A stretch of DNA of 64,000 nt from Eledone cirrhosa (Eukaryota): the NCBI GenBank assembly GCA_964016885.1, contig OZ024750.1, positions 36,022,001 through 36,086,000 on the forward strand. The letters run 5' to 3'. The translations under genes and the position numbers were made by a program. Position 1 is the first letter of the stretch. The number at the start of each line of letters is the position of its first letter. The notes beneath the pieces are model-generated. The model had not been told where the DNA came from. It searched no databases and saw nothing but the letters and a program-made list of their open reading frames with translations. Of this stretch, positions 37,301 to 50,550 are shown piece by piece.

Positions 37301-37389
37301 ATCTGTTTTAATCACAACTTAAACACATGACTCTATCTTACATATTTAGTTAGTATTTATTGTTGTTGCTATCATTCTTGTTGCTAAAT

Positions 37390-37582
37390 GGCTGTGGATT
37401 GGCAGTATCGGTAGAAGGTCGGACGCCATTCTTTGAAGCACAGAGTTACGGCCCTTTACAGTCTGAGTTCAATTCCTGCCGAGGTCAACTTTGCCTTTCA
37501 TCCTTACGGGGGTCGATAAAATAAAGTACCAGTAATGCACTGGGTAATTGCTGGCCTTGTGCCTAAAGTAGAAACAATTATT
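37390..37582 (+). mobile_element. Full-length family C SINE
   Basis: Homologous to 32671-32860. Confidence 0.9.
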
Positions 37583-37844
37583 GTTGTTGCGTTTATTGTT
37601 GTTGCTGTTATAAAGATCTAAATTCCTCACATGTTCTTTTTTGCCTCATGGCAACGAGTTTAGAATGACTAAAGATCTTATATGATACATCACAAAAACT
37701 GATCTCTTCTCTTAAGCAACAAATATTACTTTGCTTCTAAAAGCTTACCTCGGTAAATAACCAAAACAAGGTATTGTTGTTTAGCCATAGATTCATTATC
37801 AAAGATGTGGTAGCCATTACCAGCCTATATATAATATTTTATAC

Positions 37845-38210
37845 TTGAGGAGGGTCATATTTGTGTAATATTGCCAGAATTAATAACAGAACACACTCAC
37901 TGTTTGGTTGGTTTTCGCTTTTCGCTTCTGTGTCTTTTATATCGGTAATCTAATTTATTCGGTCCTCAATGTTGCCATTGACTGACCAACGGTCAACAAT
38001 AATACAGATACAATATAGACACAAACACATATATATAGTTTATCAAAGTTCTTTCGTTGCACATCTGCAACATCGTCAGTGGTGCTATTGTTTCCGCCCG
38101 TTACATTGTATGTCTACGCCATCTTTATTTAGTCTGTTTATATATTAATTTATTTATTTGTTTGTTTGTTTATTTTATTTTGTCTTCTTTGCGCATGCGT
38201 TTGCGTATAG
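37845..38210 (-). mobile_element. Inverted homolog of the 30900-31290 element, with a hammerhead motif at 38041-38084
   Basis: Minus strand: CACCA-CTGACGA-T-GTTGCA(gatg)TGCAAC-GAAA-GAAC-TT-TGATA. Confidence 0.75.
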
Positions 38211-38605
38211 TGTTTTGTTTGATGTGTGTTCGTGATTGGGTGACTGTGTATTGGTTAATGTATTCTATCTTTACTAGTGTGTGTTTATATGTGTTTGTTG
38301 CTAATTCATCGCCGTTATATAATATTTTATATGTCTATAAAGTGGTTGTGTAGATGCCATGACAAAAGGCACCCAGCTGTAGAAACCAAGCCAAAATGAA
38401 CAAGACATGGTCACCTGACCTAGCATTGCCCAAAACAGGACAACTCGTCTAACCCGTGCTAGTGTGGAAAATGGATGTAAAATGGTGATGATGATGTCAT
38501 CTAGGACTACATTTGACAATGTAATCCTCCTAACTGTTAGGATGTGAAAGAATTCTGCTGCTAATTTTAGCAAGTCAAATGATTGCAAAGACGTTCCTCT
38601 TTGGT

Positions 38606-38825
38606 TTAACCCTTTAACATTCACATTACTCTATATATACTATTATATTTTCATGGTAAAGCCTTTACCTCGCATAATTATATCACATAACATCGAATCT
38701 ATGAGATTTTGAAAGTATTTATTTTGAGAACAATACCTTAACATCAATTTGAACGACCAGTTACAGCCAGTTTCAACAGAAAGAGGTAGAGAATTCTGGC
38801 TGGTTTTGGCCAGTTTGGACTCGCC
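38606..38825 (+). mobile_element. piggyBac-type MITE, right end degenerate
   Basis: TTAACCCTTTAACATTCACATTACTC; internal match to 13671-13896. Confidence 0.85.
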
Positions 38826-39129
38826 TAAAAGAATTGGGGGGGGGGGGGGGGGGCAGGAATATTCTTCTCCAGCCAAGTACTTATCAACTTCTTCAAGTTC
38901 CACTTGAGGAGGAAGGTAAGGATAGAGAGGGGATACTGCCTTCTAGTGTGTTTTATAAAGGATGGGTGAGGGCAGCCTAATCTGTTGTTTTTAAGTAGGA
39001 AACTGTGCAGATACTTCCAATACTCCAGAGTCAACAGAGAAACCCAGGGCTTTGTGTGGGGTCTTCCCTGGAATTACCCCAAAGGGCAGTTCCTCTTACT
39101 AGTGGGTAGCTGGCCTTGTTGACATTTAT

Positions 39130-39446
39130 TATGCTTTGAAGCATAGAGTTACGTCCCTTTATGATCTGAGTTCAAATTCCGCCGAGGTTAACTTTGCCTT
39201 TCATCCTTACGGGGTCGATAAAATAAAGTACCAGTAATGTACTGGGTAATTCCTGGCCTTGTGCCTAAAATAGAAACAATTATTGTTTTCAATAGGGCAG
39301 TAAGGGTGGATTGGCAAAATCATTAAAGTATTAGACAAAATGTTTGCAGCATTTAGTTACAGAGCTTGATGTTCTGAGTTCAAATCCCACCGAAATCACT
39401 TTGCCTTTCATCCTTTAAGCTTGTGGTCAATCATCTATTTTTACTA

Positions 39447-39494
<48 letters not shown>

Positions 39495-39900
39495 CGGGTT
39501 CAATCGGGGGTAACCAAAGTAAGTAAGGTACTCAATACGTAGCAGAGTATGAATTTTTAATATACAAATGGCTTCTACAGGACTAGAACTGTTTCATTGG
39601 AAGGAAATCATAATTTGATCAGTGTTTTATTTACATGCTATTCTGTTTTTCTGAATTATTTTCGTTATGATTCATAATATTCCTCCTAAAGACTGGCAGA
39701 ATTTTAGAACATCAAACAAAACATATTATTTTGTTAGAGTTACGTCCCTTTACGATCTGAGTTCAAATCCCGCCGAGGTTGACTTTGCCTTTCATCCTTA
39801 CAGGGTCGATAAAATAAAGTACCAGTAATGCACTAGGTAATTAATGGCCTTGTGCCTAAAGTAGAAACAATTATTTTGTTAGAGATCTTTATGTTCTGAG
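39130..39900 (+). mobile_element. Cluster of truncated family C SINEs (39131-39283, 39305-39417, 39735-39875)
   Basis: B-box and core in each. attattttgttagag is duplicated around the last copy. Confidence 0.85.
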
Positions 39901-39940
39901 TTAAAGTCGGTTTTGTATTTCAACCTTCCGACATCAATGT

Positions 39941-42900
39941 CACTTTACAGTGTGGACTCGGGGCTTTTTGTCGTGACACCTACACCACCACTTTACAGTG
40001 TGGACTGGGGGATTTTTGTCGTGACACCTACACCACCACTTTACAGTGTGGACTCGGGGCTTTTTGTCGTGACACCTACACCACCACTTTACAGTGTGGA
40101 CTGGGGGCTTTTTGTCGTGACACCTACACCACCACTTTACAGTGTGGACTCGGGGCTTTTTGTCGTGACACCTACACCACCACTTTACAGTGTGGACTTG
40201 GGGCTTTTTGTCGAGACACCTACACCACCACTTTACAGTGTGGACTCGGGGCTGTTTGTCGTGACACCTACACCACCACTTTACAGTGTGGACTCGGGAC
40301 TTTTTGTCGTGACACCTACACCACCACTTTACAGTGTGGACTGGTGGCTGTTTGTCGTGACACCTACACCACCACTTTACAGTGTGGACTGGGGGCTGTT
40401 TGTCGTGACACCTACACCACCACTTTACACTGTGGCCTCGGGACTGTTTGTCGTGACACCTACACCACCACTTTACAGTGTGGACTGGGGGCCTTTTGTT
40501 GTGACACCTACACCACCACTTTACAGTGTGGACTGGGGGCTGTTTGTCGTGACACCTACACCACCACTTTACAGTGTGGACTCGGGACTGTTTGTCGTGA
40601 CACCTACACCACCACTTTACAGTGTGGACTGGGGGCTTTTTGTCGTGGCACCTACACCACCACTTTACAGTGTGGACTGGGGACTGTTTGTCGTGACACC
40701 TACACCACCACTTTACAGTGTGGACTGGGGGCTTTTTGTCGTGACACCTACACCACCACTTTACAGTGTGGACTCGGGACTGTTTGTCGTGACACCTACA
40801 CCACCACTTTACAGTGTGGACTGGGGACTGTTTGTCGTGACACCTACACCACCACTTTACAGTGTGGACTGGGGGCTTTTTGTCGTGACACCTACACCAC
40901 CACTTTACAGTGTGGACTGGGGGCTTTTTGTCGTGACACCTACACCACCACTTTACAGTGTGGAGGGGACTGTTTGTCGTGACACCTACACCACCACTTT
41001 ACAGTGTGGACTGGGGGCTTTTTGTCGTGACACCTACACCACCACTTTACAGTGTGGACTGGTGGCTGTTTGTCGTGACACCTACACCACCACTTTACAG
41101 TGTGGACTGGTGGCTGTTTGTCGTGACACCTACACCACCACTTTACAGTGTGGACTCGGGGCTTTTTGTCGTGACACCTACACCACCACTTTACAGTGTG
41201 GACTGGTGGCTGTTTGTCGTGACACCTACACCACCACTTTACAGTGTGGACTGGGGGCTTTTTGTCGTGACACCTACACCACCACTTTACAGTGTGGACT
41301 GGTGGCTGTTTGTCGTGACACCTACACCACCACTTTACAGTGTGGACTGGTGGCTGTTTGTCGTGACACCTACACCACCACTTTACACTGTGGCCTCGGG
41401 ACTGTTTGTCGTGACACCTACACCACCACTTTACAGTGTGGACTGGGGGCCTTTTGTTGTGACACCTACACCACCACTTTACAGTGTGGTCTCGGGGCTG
41501 TTTGTCGTGACACCTACACCACCACTTTACAGTGTGGACTCGGGGCTGTTTGTCGTGACACCTACACCACCACTTTACAGTGTGGACTGGGGGCTTTTTG
41601 TCGTGACACCTACACCACCACTTTACAGTGTGGACTGGGGGCTTTTTGTCGTGACACCTACACCACCACTTTACAGTGTGGACTCGGGGCTTTTTGTCGT
41701 GACACCTACACCACCACTTTACAGTGTGGACTCGGGGCTTTTTGTCGTGACACCTACACCACCACTTTACAGTGTGGACTCGGGGCTTTTTGTCGTGACA
41801 CCTACACCACCACTTTACAGTGAGGACTCGGGGCTTTTTGTCGTGACACCTACACCACCACTTTACAGTGTGGACTCGGGGCTTTTTGTCGTGACACCTA
41901 CACCACCACTTTACAGTGTGGACTGGGGGCTTTTTGTCGTGACACCTACACCACCACTTTACAGTGTGGACTCGGGGCTTTTTGTCGTGACACCTACACC
42001 ACCACTTTACAGTGTGGACTGGGGGCTGTTTGTCGTGACACCTACACCACCACTTTACAGTGTGGACTCGGGGCTGTTTGTCGTGACACCTACACCACCA
42101 CTTTACAGTGTGGACTCGGGGCTGTTTGTCGTGACACCTACACCACCACTTTACAGTGTGGACTGGGGGATTTTTGTCGTGACACCTACACCACCACTTT
42201 ACAGTGTGGACTGGGGGCTTTTTGTCGTGACACCTACACCACCACTTTACAGTGTGGACTCGGGGTTGTTTGTCGTGACACCTACACCACCACTTTACAG
42301 TGTGGACTGGGGGATTTTTGTCGTGACACCTACACCACCACTTTACAGTGTGGACTGGGGGCTTTTTGTCGTGACACCTACACCACCACTTTACAGTGTG
42401 GACTGGGGGCTTTTTGTCGTGACACCTTCACCACCACTTTACAGTGTGGACTGGGGGCTTTTTGTCGTGACACCTACACCACCACTTTACAGTGTGGACT
42501 GGGGGCTTTTTGTCGTGACACCTACACCACCACTTTACAGTGTGGACTGGGGGCTTTTTGTCGTGACACCTACACCACCACTTTACAGTGTGGACTGGGG
42601 GCTTTTTGTCGTGACACCTACACCAACACTTTACAGTGTGGACTCGGGGCTTTTAGTCATGACACCTACACAAACACTTTACAGTGTGGTCTGGGGGCTT
42701 TTTGTCGTGACACCTACACCACCACTTTACAGTGTGGACTGGGGCCTTTTTGTCGTGACACCTACACCACCACTTTACAGTGTGGACTCGGGGCTTTTTG
42801 TCGTGACACCTACACCACCACGTTACAGTGTGGACTGGGGGCTTTTTGTCGTGACACCTACACCACCACTTTACAGTGTGGACTCGGGGCTTTTAGTCAT

Positions 42901-45329
42901 GACACCTACACCACCACTTTACAGTGTGGACTCGGGGCTTTTTGTCGTGACACCTACACCACCACTTTACAGTGTGGACTCGGGGCTTTTAGTCGTGACA
43001 CCTACACCACCACGTTACAGTGTGGACTCGGGGCTTTTAGTCATGACACCTACACCAACACTTTACAGTGTGGACTGGGGGCCTTTTGTTGTGACACCTA
43101 CACCACCACTTTACAGTGTGGACTCGGGGCTTTTAGTCATGACACCTACACCAACACTTTACAGTGTGGTCTGGGGGCTTTTTGTCGTGACACCTACACC
43201 ACCACTTTACAGTGTGGACTGGGGGCTTTTTGTCGTGACACCTACACCACCACTTTACAGTGTGGACTGGGGGCCTTTTGTCGTGACACCTACACCACCA
43301 CTTTACAGTGTGGACTCGGGGCTTTTAGTCATGACACCTACACCAACACTTTACAGTGTGGTCTGGGGGCTTTTTGTCGTGACACCTACACCACCACTTT
43401 ACAGTGTGGACAGGGGGCTTTTTGTCGTGACACCTACACCACCACTTTACAGTGTGGACTGGGGGCCTTTTGTCGTGACACCTACACCACCACTTTACAG
43501 TGTGGACTGGTGGCTGTTTGTCGTGACACCTACACCACCACTTTACACTGTGGCCTCGGGACTGTTTGTCGTGACACCTACACCACCACTTTACAGTGTG
43601 GACTGGGGGCCTTTTGTTGTGACACCTACACCACCACTTTACAGTGTGGAGGGGACTTTTTGTCGTGACACCTACACCACCACTTTACAGTGTGGACTCG
43701 GGGCTTTTTGTCGTGACACCTACACCACCACTTTACAGTGTGGACTCGGGGCTTTTAGTCATGACACCTACACCAACACTTTACAGTGTGGTCTGGGGGC
43801 TTTTTGTCGTGACACCTACACCACCACTTTACAGTGTGGACTCGGGGCTTTTTGTCGTGACACCTACACCATCACTTTACACTGTGGACTCGGGTCTTTT
43901 TGTCGTGACACCTACACCACCACTTTACAGCGTGGAGGGGGCTTTTTGTCGTGACACCTACACCACCACTTTACAGTGTGGACTGGGGGCTTTTTGTCGT
44001 GACACCTAGACCATCACTTTACAGTGTGGACTTGGGGATTTTGTCGTGACACCTACACCATCACTTTACAGTGTGGACTCGGGTCTTTTTGTCGTGACAC
44101 CTACACCACCACTTTACAGTGTGGAGGGGGCTTTTTGTCGTGACACCTACACCACCACTTTACAGTGTGGACTGGGGGCTTTTTGTCGTGACACCTACAC
44201 CACCACTTTACAGTGTGGACTGGGGGCTTTTTGTCGTGACACCTACACCACCACTTTACAGTGTGGACTGGGGGCTTTTTGTCGTGACACCTACACCACC
44301 ACTTTACAGTGTGGACTCGGGGCCTTTTGTCGTGACACCTACACCACCACTTTACAGTGTGGAGGGGGCTTTTTGTCGTGACACCTACACCACCACTTTA
44401 CAGTGTGGAGGGGACTTTTTGTCGTGACACCTACACCACCACTTTACAGTGTGGACTCGGGGCTGTTTGTCGTGACACCTACACCACCACTTTACAGTGT
44501 GGACTCGGGGCTTTTTGTCGTGACACCTACACCACCACTTTACAGTGTGGACTGGGTGCTTTTTGTCGTGACACCTACACCACCACTTTACAGTGTGGAC
44601 TGGGGGCTGTTTGTCGTGACACCTACACCACCACTTTACAGTGTGGACTGGGGGCTTTTTGTCGTGACACCTACACCACCACTTTACAGTGTGGACTCGG
44701 GGCTTTTTGTCGTGACACCTACACCACCACTTTACAGTGTGGACTTGGGGCTGTTTGTCGTGACACCTACACCACCACTTTACAGTGTGGACTCGGGGCT
44801 TTTTGTCGTGACACCTACACCACCACTTTACAGTGTGGACTCGGGGCTTTTAGTCGTGACACCTACACCACCACTTTACAGTGTGGACTGGGGGATTTTT
44901 TGTCGTGACCCCTACACCACCACTTTACAGTGTGGACTGGGGGATTTTTGTTGTGACACCTAGACCATCACTTTACAGTGTGGACTTGGGGATTTTGTCG
45001 TGACACCTACACCATCACTTTACACTGTGGACTCGGGTCTTTTTGTCATGATACCTACACCACCACTTTACACTGTGGACTCGGGGCTGTTTGTCGTGAC
45101 ACCTACACCACCACTTTACAGTGTGGACTGGGGGATTTTTTGTCGTGACACCTACACCACCACTTTACAGTGTGGACTGGGGGATTTTTGTCGTGACACC
45201 TACACCACCACTTTACAGTGTGGATTGGGGGCTTTTTGTCGTGACACCTAGACCACCACTTTACAGTGTGGACTGGGGGATTTTTCTTGTGACACCTACA
45301 CCACCACTTTACAGTGTGGACTGGGTGCT
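39941..45329. repeat. 48-bp satellite array, ~112 copies
   Basis: Unit ccaccactttacagtgtggactgggggctttttgtcgtgacacctaca, with occasional 46/47/49-bp variants. Confidence 0.98.
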
Positions 45330-45739
45330 GGAGATCACTAACAATATTTAATTCTTTCTTCGTGTCTCATCAACATCCATTCTGCCTTCTTTAATCCCTT
45401 TCAAGTCTTTGATAGAATCAGTACGAGGCAAAATCTGGAACCAGCTAATTGCTTGTTGTGTCACAATAAGAAAATTAATATATAAAAAATTTCTTTTATA
45501 AAATTACAAAATAAATATAAAGTATAAACTATTTGTAAAAAAATGTTTCCTCTTAATTTCCTTATAAGATGTAATTCATTTTAAACATCTTTGAATATCA
45601 TAAAATTATTGAAAAAACCCTTTAAACTACATAAACGGCAGTTTATAAAATATCTGAGTTACTATTAATTCAATAACTATAATTTTAATGTAATATTTTG
45701 TGTGATTGTAATGTCAATTTCAAATAGAAAATAAATGTC

Positions 45740-45776
<37 letters not shown>

Positions 45777-45786
<10 letters not shown>

Positions 45787-45916
45787 TACATGAATCAAAG
45801 TTCTGTTTAAATCATTTATTTGCTTACAATTGTTTCTTCCAAACCTCGGTTTGGAAAAAAACAATTGTAAGCAGATAAGTGATTTAAACAGAACTTTGAT
45901 TCATGTAATTTCTATA
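45777..45916. repeat. Near-perfect palindrome (~69-bp arms, 2-nt loop) next to (TA)n
   Basis: tatagaaattacatgaatc...ccaaacc-tc-ggtttgg...gattcatgtaatttctata. Confidence 0.95.
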
Positions 45917-46066
45917 AAACTGCTCTGTAAAACAACTGATGTTGTTACATTGAGCTATTTATCTTACTGGTAATAAGGTAGTAATAAATTACTGTCTTTC
46001 ACTATTTAGGGTTTAAAATATATATAACTATAAAAGGTTTTAGTATATACATAACCATAAATAGTA

Positions 46067-46400
46067 TCATCATCATCATCATCATTTTACGTCCGCTTTT
46101 CCCTGCTTGCAAGGGTGGGACAGGAACTGATTCTGGCTTGATTTCTACAGCTGGATGCCCTTCCAACCTCATTTACAGTGAGTACTGGGTGCTTTTTTGC
46201 CGTGGCACCTCCATGACCACTTTGCAGTGGAATGATAGGGACCCCAGTCCCTATCATCTCATTTCTACAGCTGAGTAAACTGGAGCAATGTGAAATAAAG
46301 TGTCTTGCTCAAGGAAACAACACATCACCCGGTCTGAGAATTGAACTCACAACCATTCGATTGCAAGGCCAATGCTCTAACCATTAAGCCATGTGCCTCC
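46067..46400 (-). mobile_element. Full-length SINE family A copy
   Basis: Homologous to 21848-22207; head GGAGGCACATGGCTTAATGG. Confidence 0.88.
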
Positions 46401-46573
46401 ATCCTTAATACTTATATATATATATGTATATATCATCGTTTTTCGTCTGCTTCCCCTACCTCACACACACATATATCAGGATGGATTTGGTTTGAAACTG
46501 GTTAGACAATTACTAAACAGAGTACTTGATACTACTGTGGTAGAATATTATGGTTGTATTATAAAGATTGAGA

Positions 46574-46652
46574 ACCTGACGGCTGAGTTGTTGCCCTTTC
46601 AACAGCTAGTCTGGAACTAGCTGTTGAAACGGCAAGAGCTCAGCTGTCGGGT
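46574..46652. repeat. Imperfect 37-bp hairpin
   Basis: acctgacggctgagttgttgccctttcaacagctagt-ctgga-actagctgttgaaacggcaagagctcagctgtcgggt. Confidence 0.9.
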
Positions 46653-46739
46653 CCCAAATTTTTCTAACACCCACACACATATATATATATATATTTACTT
46701 CACATTTTCTTATTCTCTCTCTCTCTATATATATATATG

Positions 46740-46791
<52 letters not shown>

Positions 46792-46819
46792 CTTCACATT
46801 TTCTTATTCTCTCTCTCTC

Positions 46820-46911
<92 letters not shown>

Positions 46912-47889
46912 TACAAATATAATTTCAGCGAGATCGTATTTCGGCGGGGGCTAAAAACAAAACAAAACACAATCCTCGAGATATATGGCAAGCGCTCAAT
47001 GGACTAAAAGAAGACCAGAGCAATTAACATATGTTATAAAGGCCAGATAAAATGAAAACAGTGGTCATAGAATAAGAAAATGCGAAGTAGTTTCAGTCCT
47101 TTATTGTTAAAGCTGTGATACATATTTTGATTACAACACTGGCCACACGATTCCACATACCCAGTGCCATGTTCTCATCAGACAGCTTCTTACATAATAA
47201 GGTTACATTCTCGAGGCAATCCAAATTGAAAGGACAAGGGAATGGACAAAGATGATGTACTTGAAGCCTTCGCCCGTTCCCTTGTGAGTCCCAATTCATC
47301 TCTACAGCTTTGCGCAGGTGCAAATGTGAAGTTGACCATCTAACTACTACCCCAAAACACAACAAAACTAGCCTAGGCTACTTGTTTACTTTTCCCACAT
47401 ATAATTTTATCTTAGTAACATTTTAGGCAAGTGATTTGATATGACAAAGTTTTGAAACTGAAACAATTCCATCTCAAAAGACTTATTTTAGCCACTAAAT
47501 AACACCTAAGAAATCTCTTAAATTTCAATTTTCATTTACTAGAATTTTTTTCCATATGCTGGCACATATGTGTATATGTGTGTGCGTGTGTGTATGTGCA
47601 TATGCATACATTTATATGTATTATTAAGTGTAATGAATTCTTTTACAGTTCGTCTTTGTTGATTTATTATTTTAAATCAATATGGACAAACTGTAATATT
47701 ATAATTAGTATACTTCATTCTGGCTAAATTTTCTTTTGCAATATAAATACAGATGTGTTGGTATTTGTGTTTCATCATATATATTAGTTTATACATTTAT
47801 ATGTATGAATATATAAATATAAATGCACAAATACAGGCACACAAAAATATGCACTCAGACATCCATTTACACAAATACACATATATATT

Positions 47890-48044
47890 CACACTGTAAA
47901 CGTGGTTGATGTTAGGAAGGGCATCCAGCCGTAGAAAACCTGCCAGACAGTCCTATACGAGTGAGACGACCAATCTTGCCTCAAGTGGGACAATCCCTGT
48001 CTAAACCCATGCTAGCATGGAAGATAGACATTAAACGATGATGA
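47890..48044 (+). mobile_element. SINE family B 3' portion
   Basis: Homologous to 8233-8394. Confidence 0.8.
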
Positions 48045-48502
48045 CAAACACACACATACATTCACACAAACACACACATAACTTACATATAACTTTACAT
48101 TCACACACAGCGTAGTTTTTTCACCATCTCCTTCCTTCCTTTTTCACACACATACATTCATTCAGACAGGCAGCAGACATAAAGTAGTATGAGGTAGTCA
48201 AACTACTCCTCTCTCTTTACATGTTGTGACAGAATCACAGAAATTTAGATTTAGATTTCATGAAATGTCAAGATTTTCATAACACCAATGCACCTCTGGT
48301 CACTGATACACTTAGGCTGTGTTAGTGACAATATTCCAGTAATCTGAGAAACATTTTTACAACTAACCTAATAAATAGTGAATATAATAGTTTACGTGTA
48401 TTTTTAGGATGGTTAAAATGGTTCGTCCCTGATGTGTTTTTCTTTGTGATTGATAGTTTTTAGTTTTTTCATCATCTTTTTCTTCTTATTCTGATGGTTG
48501 TT

Positions 48503-48695
48503 AATAATTGTTTCTACTTTTGGCACAAGGCCAGCAATTACCCAGTGCATTACTGGTACTTTATTTTATCGACCCCGTAATGATGAAGGGCAAAGTTAAC
48601 CTCGGCGGGATTTGAACTCAGATCATAAAGGGACGTAACTCTTTGCTGCCAAGCATGGCGTCAGACCCTCTACCGATACTGCCAATCCTTCGCCC
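48503..48695 (-). mobile_element. Full-length family C SINE with target site duplication
   Basis: tggttgttaataat duplicated on both sides. Confidence 0.9.
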
Positions 48696-48989
48696 TGGTT
48701 GTTAATAATATGGTAAACTATATAAAATAAAAACCTAATATGTTTCACTTCTTATTAACATCATGTAATGATTTAGTTGAAAATTATATGAAATAAGTCT
48801 GTTAATTTAAATGTTTATAGTATCTCGACTAGTCGACAGATTGTGGTGGAAATTTGCAGCATTAGAATAAGGATATCATTGTTTAGTATAATGCAGCCAC
48901 AATGCTGTATTGTTCTTTTCAAGAATGCCTTGTTAATGTGTTTTCTTGTGGTAGAGGACGTTGGGTGTTAACAAATATTACACTAGTTA

Positions 48990-49222
48990 TCTTTCAACCA
49001 TGAAAGGAATAATGGCAGTTTTTGATGATATACAAAGATTATTTTCAACCGTGATTAACATAATTGAAAGGAATAGTGGGATGTTTTGATGATATACAAA
49101 GATTATTTTCAACCGTGATTAACATAATTGAAAGGAATAGTGGGATGTTTTGATGATATACAAAGATTATTTTCAACCGTGATTAACATAATTGAAAGGA
49201 ATAGTGGGAGGTTTTGATGATA
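48990..49222. repeat. 64-bp minisatellite, ~3.5 copies
   Basis: tacaaagattattttcaaccgtg at 49031, 49095 and 49159. Confidence 0.92.
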
Positions 49223-49342
49223 GATTTATGATTATAATGACTGTTTGCTGGATACATTACCTGTGAAATAAATTAACAAGTCATATATTTTACCTTTGTG
49301 CATCCACTGAAATATATCTATATATTTGATATTATCATAATT

Positions 49343-49835
49343 GGGCGGTGGATTGGCAGTATCTACTAAATTTTGTGACTGTTCATTAAATATATTTTAT
49401 TATTTATTTAAAGATTAACTTTGCCTTTCATCCTTACGGGGTCAATAAAATAAAGTACCAGTAATGCACTGAGTAATTGCTGGCCTTGTGCCTAAAGTAG
49501 AAACAATTATCATAATTGTTTCTACTGATCAGCGCAAGGCCAGCAATTATTCCACTGCATTACTGGTACTTTATTTTATCCCGTAAGTATTAAAGGCAAA
49601 GTTAACCTTCGTGGGATTTGAACTCAGACCATAAAGGGTCGTAACTCTATGCTGCAAAGCATGGTGTCCGAAGTTCTACCGATACTGCCAATCCACCATC
49701 CTTTGATATTAGCTAATATTATCATAATAATGAGATTAACTTTGCCTTTCATCCTTACAGGGTCGATAAAATAAAGTACCAGTAATACACTGGGTAATTG
49801 CGGACCTTGTGCCTAACGTAGAAACAATTATCATA
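49343..49835. mobile_element. Cluster of family C SINE pieces in alternating orientation (+/-/+)
   Basis: 49415-49510 (+), 49513-49700 (-), 49735-49830 (+). Confidence 0.85.
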
Positions 49836-49864
49836 ATAATGATAATAATAATGAAATTATTGTG

Positions 49865-50550
49865 TTCAGTGATCAGGTGCACTACAACTCATCAAAGGTG
49901 CATGTATAGTACATAGAATAATGTACAAATGCCAGGAAAGTGAACAGTGTATGAGTCATGATATACGTGTCTGGGTGTGTATGGAAGGGGGGGAGGACAT
50001 CAGGTGTAGTATTGGCTAATTTCAGGAAGCATGAAGGTATTAAAGGATGCAATCTCCTGGCAGCTAACAACTGATGCAGGTAGTTTGTTCCATGCTTCAG
50101 CAACTCTGAGCATGAAAAAATGTTTCCGAAAGTCATAGGAGCTGTGCTGTTTCTGACTTTGTGGGCATGCCCACGTGTGTTAGACACATGGAAATCAAAA
50201 AGGTACTCAGGGTTGTTGTTGGCAAGATGGTTAATAATTTTGTGGGTGTTTACCAAGTCGGTTGCCATACGTCAGAGCTTCAACAAATCCATGCCCAGGA
50301 AAGCAAGGCGTTCATGTCTCTGAACAGTTTCCAGGAGGTCATTATACTGAGCAAGATAGGGGTTCCAGACTGGTGATGCAAATTCTAAGCGTCGCTGCAC
50401 CATAGCTATATAGAGCTTTAAATAGATAGCTGGAGAGTGGCTAACAAAGGTCTTGCTGAGTGATGCCAAGACACCCTCGGCCTTCTTGAAAAATTTAGAG
50501 TTGTGCTTTGTCCAACGCTAATCACTGCTGACAGTAATACCCAGGTCACA
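49865..50550 (-). mobile_element. CR1/L2-group LINE 3' fragment (degenerate)
   Basis: DLGITVSSD, LKLYIAMVQRRLEFASPVWNPYL and NTRGH motifs, with frameshifts. Confidence 0.8.

Noticed and set aside
32984-37315. Pro/Ser/Leu-rich and Gly/Arg/Glu-rich ORFs
   Set aside because: Translations of polypurine low-complexity repeats.
39575-39625. GAAAC..GTC on the minus strand after (TG)n, a possible hammerhead 3' half
   Set aside because: No matching CUGANGA or stem I partner; too incomplete.
39913-45351. Long ORFs (636 aa, 998 aa and others) of TPTPPLYSVDWGLFVV or CRDTYTTTLQCGLGAF repeats
   Set aside because: By-product of a 48-bp unit lacking stops in two frames. Frequent 46/47/49-bp units shift the frame, there is no credible start context, and the unit derives from a SINE.
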